Assembly (NCBI GenBank): GCA_050485365.1
Contig: JBJHBH010000003.1
Location: forward strand, 4,127-68,126
Reading direction: 5' to 3'
Length of the DNA stretch: 64,000 nt
Origin: Desulfuromonadales bacterium
GTDB lineage: Bacteria; Desulfobacterota; Desulfuromonadia; Desulfuromonadales; JACZKF01
Shown: positions 1 through 7,576 of the stretch, in pieces
Numbering within the stretch: position 1 is the first letter of the stretch
Layout of the letters: each line of letters opens with the position of its first letter
Position numbers and translations under genes: made by a program
The notes under the pieces: model-generated
Told to the model about the DNA's origin: nothing
Seen by the model: the letters and a program-made list of their open reading frames with translations, nothing else
The model's database searches: none

Positions 1-880
1 GCACCGAAAGGTCCCCTGTGACCTCCGCATCGATGCGCTCGGCGCTCGTCATCCCGTCGCTCCAACGCACGAAATGGTACCCTCGGCGGGGGACCGCCGT
101 GACGTTGCCCCCATTCTCGCCGTGAAAGATCCGCTGACGGGAATCCCCCTCGATCCACCCCTCCTCGTCGGCCGCATAATCGAGGGTGTATTCGTTAATG
201 CGAAAAAGCGCCGTCACGGCGACTTCGCCCCTCACGTCCCTCTCCCTTCGGGGATTCTCCGCCGAACCGTCGCTCCACCCAGCGAAATGATGGCCGACGG
301 CCGGAACCGCCCGAACGACGCTCCCACTGCCGCCGTAATCCACCCGCTGCCGGGTCGCCCCTTCGATGGAGCCGTTCTCTGCGGGCGCGTAGGTGACATC
401 GTACTGGTCGACGGCGAAAAGAGCGCTCACCGACAGATCGCCTGTCACATCTTGGTCGGTACGGGGGTTCGCCGTCGTTCCGTCGCTCCAGCGCACGAAA
501 TGGTGATGCTCGGCCGGCACGGCCTGCACCGCACTCCCCGCTCCCCCACGCGATACCTGCTGATGCGCCTCACCGACGATGGCCCCCCTCCCCTCGACGA
601 GATAGCTCAGGGTGTGTTGCCTTTGCGCAGCCTCCTCTACGGCTTCGACTGTTATCGCAGCGGATTCGTCCTCCGGAGCCTGCGCCGGCGTCTCCACCGA
701 TTCCGACCCCGCGCCCCCAGTCGCATCCAAAGAAGCGATCTCGGCAGTTTTTTCCACCAGCACAATCCCATCCGATGACGCAGAAGAGGGTGCGGCGGTC
801 TCGCCGCTGCACCCAACCGAAAGGGATCCCAGCAAAAAACATGCTGCCCATTTGACGATCAGGTATTTTGGGTTAGGCAC
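1..880 (-). CDS. Lipoprotein with three InlB B-repeat (Listeria-Bacteroides repeat)-like domains; the 3' end runs off the window
   Basis: Not in the ORF track, so I translated the minus strand by hand from the GTG at 880. It reads MPNPKYLIVKWAACFLLGSLSVGCSGETAAPSS, a signal peptide with lipobox LSVGC. Three repeats follow, each carrying an HF(V/A)(R/G)WSDG motif: AEHHHFVRWSDG, AVGHHFAGWSDG and RRGYHFVRWSDG. The plus ORF 74..778 is its antisense shadow. Confidence 0.6.
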   Translation of the reverse strand, partial: MPNPKYLIVKWAACFLLGSLSVGCSGETAAPSSASSDGIVLVEKTAEIASLDATGGAGSESVETPAQAPEDESAAITVEAVEEAAQRQHTLSYLVEGRGAIVGEAHQQVSRGGAGSAVQAVPAEHHHFVRWSDGTTANPRTDQDVTGDLSVSALFAVDQYDVTYAPAENGSIEGATRQRVDYGGSGSVVRAVPAVGHHFAGWSDGSAENPRRERDVRGEVAVTALFRINEYTLDYAADEEGWIEGDSRQRIFHGENGGNVTAVPRRGYHFVRWSDGMTSAERIDAEVTGDLSV

Positions 881-1024
881 GTCGACCTCGAGGTGAGAAA
901 TAGGTAAAATTTGTTTTTTTAAATTAGCAGATATCAAAAATGCAGACAATACCTATTCTCCCCCTCAAAGAATCACCGCGAATCGAGGGGCGGCATTTGG
1001 ATGAGATTCACTTGAAGAGAGACA

Positions 1025-2170
1025 TTACGGCACCCTCCGCTGCCCTTTGGCCGTGTGGCAGGCGAAACACCCCTTTCCTTCGGCATCGCCGGCGTCGCCG
1101 GACACCATTCTGCGGAAATCGAAACGCAGCATGCCATCATACGGGCCTGCATGGGCCAGATGGCATGAGAGACACATGACCAGATCCTGGCCCGGGAAGA
1201 CCTGATCGCTGGGCTCGTCATAGACCCAGGGTCTGGCCACCGGCGCGGTCACCTCGTAGAAGATGTATTCGGCGTATTCTCCCCGATCGGGAAGGACGAA
1301 ATCAGAGGGGTGCCTCAGGAAAGCCAATGTGACGGGGAGTCGTTGGGTATGAAAGTCACCGTGGCAGGTCATGCAGAAACCGCTCATGCTGTTCCGCGGA
1401 GTGTCTATATAAGAATAGGGAGTCGCATTGGTGGAACCGTAATGGCAGGTCGAACAGTGTTGATCGTCGGAAGGACGGTGAGGGGCTCCGAAATATTCGT
1501 TGTGAATCATGGGGGTGACATTCTGCCACCGGTCGGGATAGGGATAGGGGTTTTCGAGCCCACGCACCCCCATTAGAAAGCGGAAGCTGTTGGCGACCAT
1601 ATCGGCCACCTTCAAGGCTCCGTCTTCATTGGCGTGATGAGCGCCGATGATGGCACTCATCCCGACACGATGAACCAGTCTCCCCTCACTGTCCTCCATC
1701 AATTGGTTTCTTAGCCCGTGACAGCCGCTCGCGCCGGCACAGGTGAGCCTGTTCTTGAAATAGATGGGGTTTTCCCCATGCACGAAGCCGGGGGGGAAAA
1801 TGAGGACATCGTCTCCACCGGGGAATATGTCGATGACGTCGTGCCCTTTTCGGCTCCCCGGCACGCCGACGCCCAGCTTGGCACCGGAGATGTAAGCGAA
1901 ATTCCCGCCGGCCAGGTCCCCCCGGCTGTCGGTGTGATACACCTGAGGGACCTGAGTTCCCCCAGGCATGATCACAATTCGCTCGTCTATTCCCAACGCA
2001 TGACAGGTGACACAGTCGACCCCCCACAGATACCCGGAAGAATCTTCTATGGCGCTGTCGGTGTGGCAATCGATGCAGTTATCCCCGATCTGAGCCAGAG
2101 CAACGTGAGAAAGAAGAAAGAACCATGCCGCGGCGACAGCACACAAACTCCATTTCACCGTCTTTTGCAT
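1025..2170 (-). CDS. OmcS-family multiheme c-type cytochrome, divergent paralog
   Basis: Signal peptide, six CXXCH motifs (CIDCH, CVTCH, CSTCH, CMTCH, CLSCH, CFACH) and one CX5CH (CAGASGCH). It shares blocks with the other three paralogs and with OmcS as I remember it: SRKGHDVID, FLRHPSD, MCLSCHLAHAGPYDGMLRF and a C-terminal CFACHTAKG. SD GGAGGA lies 4 nt before the ATG. Confidence 0.8.
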   Translation of the reverse strand: MQKTVKWSLCAVAAAWFFLLSHVALAQIGDNCIDCHTDSAIEDSSGYLWGVDCVTCHALGIDERIVIMPGGTQVPQVYHTDSRGDLAGGNFAYISGAKLGVGVPGSRKGHDVIDIFPGGDDVLIFPPGFVHGENPIYFKNRLTCAGASGCHGLRNQLMEDSEGRLVHRVGMSAIIGAHHANEDGALKVADMVANSFRFLMGVRGLENPYPYPDRWQNVTPMIHNEYFGAPHRPSDDQHCSTCHYGSTNATPYSYIDTPRNSMSGFCMTCHGDFHTQRLPVTLAFLRHPSDFVLPDRGEYAEYIFYEVTAPVARPWVYDEPSDQVFPGQDLVMCLSCHLAHAGPYDGMLRFDFRRMVSGDAGDAEGKGCFACHTAKGQRRVP

Positions 2171-2173
2171 CAG

Positions 2174-2295
2174 ATCCTCCGGGGAAAATGTCCTTTTCTC
2201 CGGGAACCCGGCCGTCCGCCTACGCGCAAGCTTCGACGGACCCGTCGGCTTTGTGCCCCCACCTTACGATGGGTTTACCTTTTCGGAGGATGACT
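2174..2295 (-). promoter_or_regulatory. Candidate GEMM-I (c-di-GMP-I / cGAMP class) riboswitch in the 5' UTR of the OmcS-type gene
   Basis: Minus-strand RNA reads AUCCUCCGAAAAGGUAAACC-CAUC-GUAA-GGUG-GGGGCACAAAGCC...GGCGGACGGCCGGGUUCCCGGAG. This matches GEMM-I hallmarks: GGYAAACC, a P1 hairpin capped by a GNRA loop, ACAAAGCC and GCCGGGUUxCC. The 5' strand AUCCUCCG (2291..2284) is exactly complementary to the SD region CGGAGGAU (2181..2174). Confidence 0.55.
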
Positions 2296-2327
2296 GCGGC
2301 GGCCTCAATGTGCACGTCTTCATTTTC

Positions 2328-2355
2328 AGCCTATCTCGTTTTGAGTATCCGTCAA
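2328..2355 (-). promoter_or_regulatory. Possible sigma70 promoter for the riboswitch and OmcS-type transcript
   Basis: On the minus strand, TTGACG (2355..2350), a 16-nt spacer, then TAGGCT (2333..2328). It sits between the upstream terminator and the aptamer. Confidence 0.3.
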
Positions 2356-2375
2356 TCCAGAGTCGCCCCCGAGAA

Positions 2376-2408
2376 TGAAAAAACCGGCCCAAAGAGACAC
2401 GGCCGGTT
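2376..2408 (-). terminator. Rho-independent terminator after the sulfatase-GDPD gene
   Basis: Minus-strand RNA AACCGGCC-GUGUCUCUUUG-GGCCGGUU followed by UUUUUC, about 50 nt after the stop at 2458. Confidence 0.7.
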
Positions 2409-2457
2409 CAGGTAATTTTGTTCGGCCAGAAGGTGGTCCGACCTTAATCTTCGTTTT

Positions 2458-5247
2458 TTATTCCGGCACAAGGAAATCTGTATAAATGCCGTTCACTCCA
2501 AGTTCCTGCAATTCTGTGAACAAATGGGGGTCATTGACCGTGTGGGCGTATACAAAAATGTTCCACGGCTTGATCATCTTGGCCATGCCCATCTGGGCCA
2601 GCCTCCAGTGCATTGTGATGGCAAATGGCTTCTTCTTGGACGAAAAGGACACCAACTGATAGGGATCGAGCTCCATTCGGTAAAGTGTGAGAATGATGTC
2701 GTCATACCCCAACGCTTCAGCTTTCTCATATTCCGCATAGCTGTAGACCTGCGGGATCACATACCCTATGAACTCCCTCCTCTCGCGAATCAATTTTTCG
2801 AGAGCCTTGACGTTTTCGTCCTTGATATCCGTAATGATATACGCATCCCCTTTTTCTCTCGCCCAATCCAATACTTGCGAGATGGTGAGCTGCGTCAGGC
2901 CATTCCTAGGTGTGAGTTGCAAAAACTCATTCTTTGTCAGCACACCTTGATATTTCGGGAGATGGAAGCGCCTTTTGAGCGATTCTTCCCAGTCATGAAT
3001 GGCAACGAGCTCACCATCTTTTGTCCAGGAAAAATCAATCTCGAAGTACCTAAATCCAAGGTCGTAGTTCAGGTTGAGAGCTTCCACGCTGTTGGTATAG
3101 GTCTGATTTTCTATACCTCCGCCAGCATGCGCGACATAGGCTGGTGGAGAGATCCCTCGAGGGGCGGTTAATGATTGCAGGAAACTCTCCCTCTGCTCAA
3201 CAACTCTAAATTCCGTCTCAGCCTTTTTTATCGAAGCAATTGTATCTGCTGGAATAGAAAAACTATCATCGAGGACACCCCAGAGATTTCTGGTACTCCC
3301 GGGTTTGCCGAAAAAACCGCATAACTGTAGGGGATGAACCCGCTCAAAATCGCAAAATCCCGGCAGATTCATTGCGTGACTTATCGCAAAAACCAGATCA
3401 TCTGCATGCTGCAGCAATATACTGCTCAGAGTTGTATTGTCCATCCCTTGGTCAAAGGGGAAGGAATGGATGTCCTTGAGCTTGAGCGTTGTACTGTCGA
3501 AGAGGAAGATCGTCGACGCGATACTTCCAGGAAGCCCCTCAGAGCTTATGTCGAAGATTCTGTTGCCGATCGTTATGCTCAAATCTTCCATATCGACCTT
3601 GAAGTCCATGCCCTCGAGCGACACGTCATCATCCCAGAGCGCTGCAGCGACGGCGTTCAGGGCCGGTGCTTTCTCACGCCATCTCTTTTCTCCGAATTTT
3701 CTGATCAGATACCCCGGAGCCTTCACCAGGGATGACCCGAAACCGAGCTGCCCCTTGAGCTCATAGCCGAGCAGATCGAGGATGGTGGGAGCGACGTCAT
3801 AGTGAATTCCCGGATGGGAATTTTCACCAATGGGACCGTTCGGCACGTTGACGAAGAAAGTCAGTTTTGGGGGGGCCGTCGACTCCTCCAGGAGAGACGA
3901 AGCGGTATTGCGCATGGCCAGATGGTCGCTGAAGACTGCGACGATGGTGTTGTCCGAGAATGGCGAGGACCTGATCCGATGGATGAACCGGCTTACCAGT
4001 TTATCCGCGCAGTGAACTGAATCGAGCATCGGATTGTCTGTCGTCTTAATTTCGCTGCAGGTCGGAGAAAGATGCCCTCTCGGAGGGTGGGTATCCAACG
4101 TCAGCAGTGTCAGCATAAAGGGCTGTTGCTGTGAGCTCAGGGATATGAATTTTTCAAAAGCGAGATCCAGGAGGATATCATCGTAAATACCCCATGAATT
4201 CAACGGAATAGCATCGCCAAGGGTATCGAGAATTTCCTGCCTGTCGATTACTTCGGAATATCCGTGCGACCGGAGGAAATTACCCTTGCCTGCAAATCGC
4301 TCGTCCGCCCCTCCCATATACGCCAGATGGTATCCGTCTGTTGTGAGGAGATCTCCCAGGCAGACGGCCCCTGGCATGAAACTGTCGTAAATTCCGAAAC
4401 TATTCCCCTTTATATTGTGTCCCCCCGCAAGTGGGTATCCGCACTGGGAGGCCACAAAACCACCCATCGTCCACCCGGCACCGACCCCCTGGGCAACACG
4501 GCTGAAGACCAGGGACTCGTCCTTAATTCGTTTCAGTTCAGGGAGAAGTCCAGGGAAAACCGCTTCATCAAAATACCGCTGCTCAATACTCTCCAGATAA
4601 ATCAGAACGAGATTGTATCGATCGGCTCCCTTGAACGAAGCGTTTACACTACCTGTCAGTTCCGGAAATTCGTCATATGCCAGGGAAGATCCATTTAATC
4701 TAGCAGACTGCATATGTTCGAACAGGGAACCAGCGGGAGGCGAGATCAAAATCCCGGAGAGAAAAAGCGCCAAACAGCCGTACCCATACCTTCCGTTTCG
4801 GTTAAGGCTCCTGTGGATTTGAAAGCAGGAAGTGGATATGTAAAGCAGAAAAGCTATAACCAGGAGGACGATGGGAAGAGTAAATTCGCCCAACCCTGAA
4901 TGGAGCAGATCGGGGCGAAGATGGTAGAAAAAAGCCTCGTTGAACCCGGCGTTCTGCAGATAATAGCTGGCAAGAAAAGCACCTTCCATAACAAAAAGTG
5001 CTGTGCCGAGAAGAATGAAAAAGAGCAGATTCACACGTCTTCGGGGGAAGTTCGAGAACGCGTATATCAGGCCTGCTGTATACATGAGGACCGAGATCGG
5101 CCAGATTAGCGGGGCATCCGTTGATGCAATGCCGAAAAGGCTTAAATAAAATGGAAAGCCTGACCCAGCGAGAGTCCAAATCTCTTCTTGTGAATATCTG
5201 ATCCCTAATGCCGAGAGACGTAATTGTGTCAACTTTCTATCCTCCAC
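2458..5247 (-). CDS. Membrane-anchored sulfatase-family phosphotransferase (OpgB/MdoB/LtaS-like) fused to a C-terminal GDPD-like phosphodiesterase domain
   Basis: 929 aa. The N-terminal ~170 aa are hydrophobic multi-pass. The central domain has an LTLDTHPP nucleophile-type motif typical of LtaS/OpgB sulfatase-fold enzymes. The C-terminal ~250 aa (AHAGGGIENQTYTNSVEAL..FRYFEIDFSWTKDGELVAIHDWE) resemble glycerophosphodiester phosphodiesterase. GC content is low. Confidence 0.65.
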   Translation of the reverse strand: MEDRKLTQLRLSALGIRYSQEEIWTLAGSGFPFYLSLFGIASTDAPLIWPISVLMYTAGLIYAFSNFPRRRVNLLFFILLGTALFVMEGAFLASYYLQNAGFNEAFFYHLRPDLLHSGLGEFTLPIVLLVIAFLLYISTSCFQIHRSLNRNGRYGYGCLALFLSGILISPPAGSLFEHMQSARLNGSSLAYDEFPELTGSVNASFKGADRYNLVLIYLESIEQRYFDEAVFPGLLPELKRIKDESLVFSRVAQGVGAGWTMGGFVASQCGYPLAGGHNIKGNSFGIYDSFMPGAVCLGDLLTTDGYHLAYMGGADERFAGKGNFLRSHGYSEVIDRQEILDTLGDAIPLNSWGIYDDILLDLAFEKFISLSSQQQPFMLTLLTLDTHPPRGHLSPTCSEIKTTDNPMLDSVHCADKLVSRFIHRIRSSPFSDNTIVAVFSDHLAMRNTASSLLEESTAPPKLTFFVNVPNGPIGENSHPGIHYDVAPTILDLLGYELKGQLGFGSSLVKAPGYLIRKFGEKRWREKAPALNAVAAALWDDDVSLEGMDFKVDMEDLSITIGNRIFDISSEGLPGSIASTIFLFDSTTLKLKDIHSFPFDQGMDNTTLSSILLQHADDLVFAISHAMNLPGFCDFERVHPLQLCGFFGKPGSTRNLWGVLDDSFSIPADTIASIKKAETEFRVVEQRESFLQSLTAPRGISPPAYVAHAGGGIENQTYTNSVEALNLNYDLGFRYFEIDFSWTKDGELVAIHDWEESLKRRFHLPKYQGVLTKNEFLQLTPRNGLTQLTISQVLDWAREKGDAYIITDIKDENVKALEKLIRERREFIGYVIPQVYSYAEYEKAEALGYDDIILTLYRMELDPYQLVSFSSKKKPFAITMHWRLAQMGMAKMIKPWNIFVYAHTVNDPHLFTELQELGVNGIYTDFLVPE

Positions 5248-5259
5248 TACATTGAATTC

Positions 5260-7311
5260 TCAATTGCTAACTAGCTCTTCCGAGATATTTCTGACTCTCA
5301 GAACCCTCGCAACCGGCCAGGCATTATAAATCTCCTCAAAGTAGCGCCGATCGTAATTGCCTAGGATGTACTGCTGGTTGAAGTTGCTCCAGAAGAGGCG
5401 GTCTTCGACTATCTGGATCTGAATTATCTCATTGTTCGCAATGAGGATCTGCAAATAATATCGAGCATTAGGGTGAAAGTCCTCCCTGGTGGTCACCTGC
5501 CCATCCTTGATAATCAACACTGCGACGAGGGGAACGTCTATAGTACCGTCGCTGATAATCCCCCGGTTTAGATCTGCAATTCCTTCTTGGCATTTGAATT
5601 TATTTCCGACGAGGGAAAAGCAATTCCATTGCTCATACCACATCATTTGATCAACCCGCTCTTCGAAGTCCCAAGTTCCGAAAGTGGATATCGATCCGAA
5701 TTTTGAAATCATGTCTTCGGTATAGAGGACATGAACTTTCTCTACGGTGAGATGCCCGGGGTAAGAAAAGACCATTCTTTTCAGATTCTCCCCCGATAAA
5801 TTTTCATCCACAATGAGAGAGTACAGCGAATCAAAACCGTTCTCCTCGACGTAAGAAAGCATAGAGACCATCTCCTCCTGTCGAGGAGAGGTCATCGTCT
5901 TGGCGATCAGTGTAGTTCGCAGTCCTCCATGAAGTGCTCCATCGTGATAGGTGGCGAACTGCCCGATTTCCATCAAGGGGTACCCCATATCCCACCAAGT
6001 GAACATGGCCGAGTGTTTGGGAACGAGTTGCTTGATTTCCAGGATCGCGCGTGTCGTAGATGCCGGGACGATAGCCGAAGGTTGACGATCGAATCCGGTA
6101 TGTACCGCGGTAGAGAAAAAGAGCATGAGCATGAGAGAAACAGTAGCGAAAGTGCCGTACATTGGTTTCAGTCGGATTTTCGCTCCGACCCTATTCACCA
6201 GGAGTTCAATCAACACTCCAACACCGATTCCGATGAAGGGGGCCAGATACATAGCGAACCGTCTGGGGCCAAAAAGCGACCAGAGCCCAAGGAGGATCAG
6301 CGGAGTGATGGGAATCATCTGCCGGAAGCGAAATATGTAGAGACAACAAAGCCCTACAAAGCCGGCCAAAACAATGGGGAGAAATCCGTGAATGTTTTTG
6401 AGCGCCTCCAAGGGGTCATTAATCCTCTGAGCCTCCTCGATCAAGGCCATCACGTTCGGCCAGACGATCTGCCCGGATGGGGAAGGGAAGAAATAAGCCT
6501 GGATAAAGATAGATAGTGAATTGACGCTCTGCGCTGCATAACCTGGGCCCGAAGCCAGTGTGAATACCAGCAATATTCCTAAAATCTGCCGCCATGGCAT
6601 GCAAATCGACAACAGGTATGCAGCTATGAAAAAGAGATAGACCAGCATGAAGCCCGGCTGTTCATACCACCAATTGAACAGATACATCATCGCGCCGGCG
6701 CCGGCGGCCAAACCGAGGTTTGCGCGGACGGATCGAGCGCTACTCATTGGCAGAGTGAAACAAGCCACTGCTAGAGGGAAGAAAATATTCAGTAAGTCGG
6801 TATCTAGATAGCCCATCCAACTTCGTTGGTAATAGGCCACACTGAAAATGCCGATCAATCCGCCCAGAACCGCCGCAGCCCCAAAACCTAACCTGTGGAA
6901 ATAAAAAAAGAGGGGAAAGATGAAAAGTCCACCCAGAATTGAAACGAGCAGCAGTCCGGAACGGTAATAATCGCCCCCAGTGAAGTTCGCGCAAAAGCTG
7001 ACAAGCCAGGCCAGCAGGTTGGGGTCGAAATATTCGATCAGATCGGGATACCCCTTTGTGGGATTGAGTAAACCCTTTCCGAGGTTACCTGCATCGAGAT
7101 CCCGAGCCATCTTCAGCCAGTGGTAGGCATCCATGGACGACATGGCCGTCACATGGCCCACAAAGTATTCATCTCCCTGCACCATCCATTGCTGGTAGCT
7201 CTCTTCTTTCTTGTAGACAGAGAGTCCATAAACAACCAGAACAAACGCGAAGACTACCAGGGTTGTCCGGTTGTTCAGAATTAGAATTCGCAAATCACCC
7301 ATAGTCCTCAC
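5260..7311 (-). CDS. PglB/STT3-type oligosaccharyltransferase
   Basis: 683 aa and polytopic. The motifs occur in the PglB order: SSMDAYHWLKMARD (cf. NDGYAFAEGARD), YLDTDLL (DxD), ALIEEA (TIxE-like loop) and FTWWDMGYP (WWDxG). A soluble C-terminal domain follows. Low GC. A 12-nt gap to the next gene suggests an operon. Confidence 0.7.
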   Translation of the reverse strand: MRTMGDLRILILNNRTTLVVFAFVLVVYGLSVYKKEESYQQWMVQGDEYFVGHVTAMSSMDAYHWLKMARDLDAGNLGKGLLNPTKGYPDLIEYFDPNLLAWLVSFCANFTGGDYYRSGLLLVSILGGLFIFPLFFYFHRLGFGAAAVLGGLIGIFSVAYYQRSWMGYLDTDLLNIFFPLAVACFTLPMSSARSVRANLGLAAGAGAMMYLFNWWYEQPGFMLVYLFFIAAYLLSICMPWRQILGILLVFTLASGPGYAAQSVNSLSIFIQAYFFPSPSGQIVWPNVMALIEEAQRINDPLEALKNIHGFLPIVLAGFVGLCCLYIFRFRQMIPITPLILLGLWSLFGPRRFAMYLAPFIGIGVGVLIELLVNRVGAKIRLKPMYGTFATVSLMLMLFFSTAVHTGFDRQPSAIVPASTTRAILEIKQLVPKHSAMFTWWDMGYPLMEIGQFATYHDGALHGGLRTTLIAKTMTSPRQEEMVSMLSYVEENGFDSLYSLIVDENLSGENLKRMVFSYPGHLTVEKVHVLYTEDMISKFGSISTFGTWDFEERVDQMMWYEQWNCFSLVGNKFKCQEGIADLNRGIISDGTIDVPLVAVLIIKDGQVTTREDFHPNARYYLQILIANNEIIQIQIVEDRLFWSNFNQQYILGNYDRRYFEEIYNAWPVARVLRVRNISEELVSN

Positions 7312-7576
7312 CTCAGACGAATCACAAGACCCGCTCTACCTCCAGTGCAGCCGTCAGCAGACGGCCACAATCGACCTCATCCCCCCCGAGAAACTCCGCA
7401 GGAAAGAATGAGAAATTGACTTAATCGCCAGAAACAGGGGGTCCGCCATCATTGAGTTCACTTCGAAAATCGTTGACTCTATGAAGCGAACTGGGTTAAA
7501 AGTGACCAAAGATTAACATATGATAATTATTTTGGTCTAGTCTTTTTGCAACCCATTTGCATGCCGCAGGGAGCCC

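Noticed and set aside
74-778. A 234-aa plus-strand ORF at the left edge
   Set aside because: It is Arg/Pro/Gly-rich with no recognisable motif. The opposite strand in this region encodes a convincing repeat lipoprotein, so this ORF is an antisense shadow typical of high-GC DNA.
7312-7576. A regulatory RNA or small gene in the 265-nt divergent region between the oligosaccharyltransferase gene and resB
   Set aside because: I found only a weak TTGACT-17-TTAAAA promoter-like match for resB. There is no convincing ORF, hairpin set or repeat, so the evidence is insufficient to report a feature.
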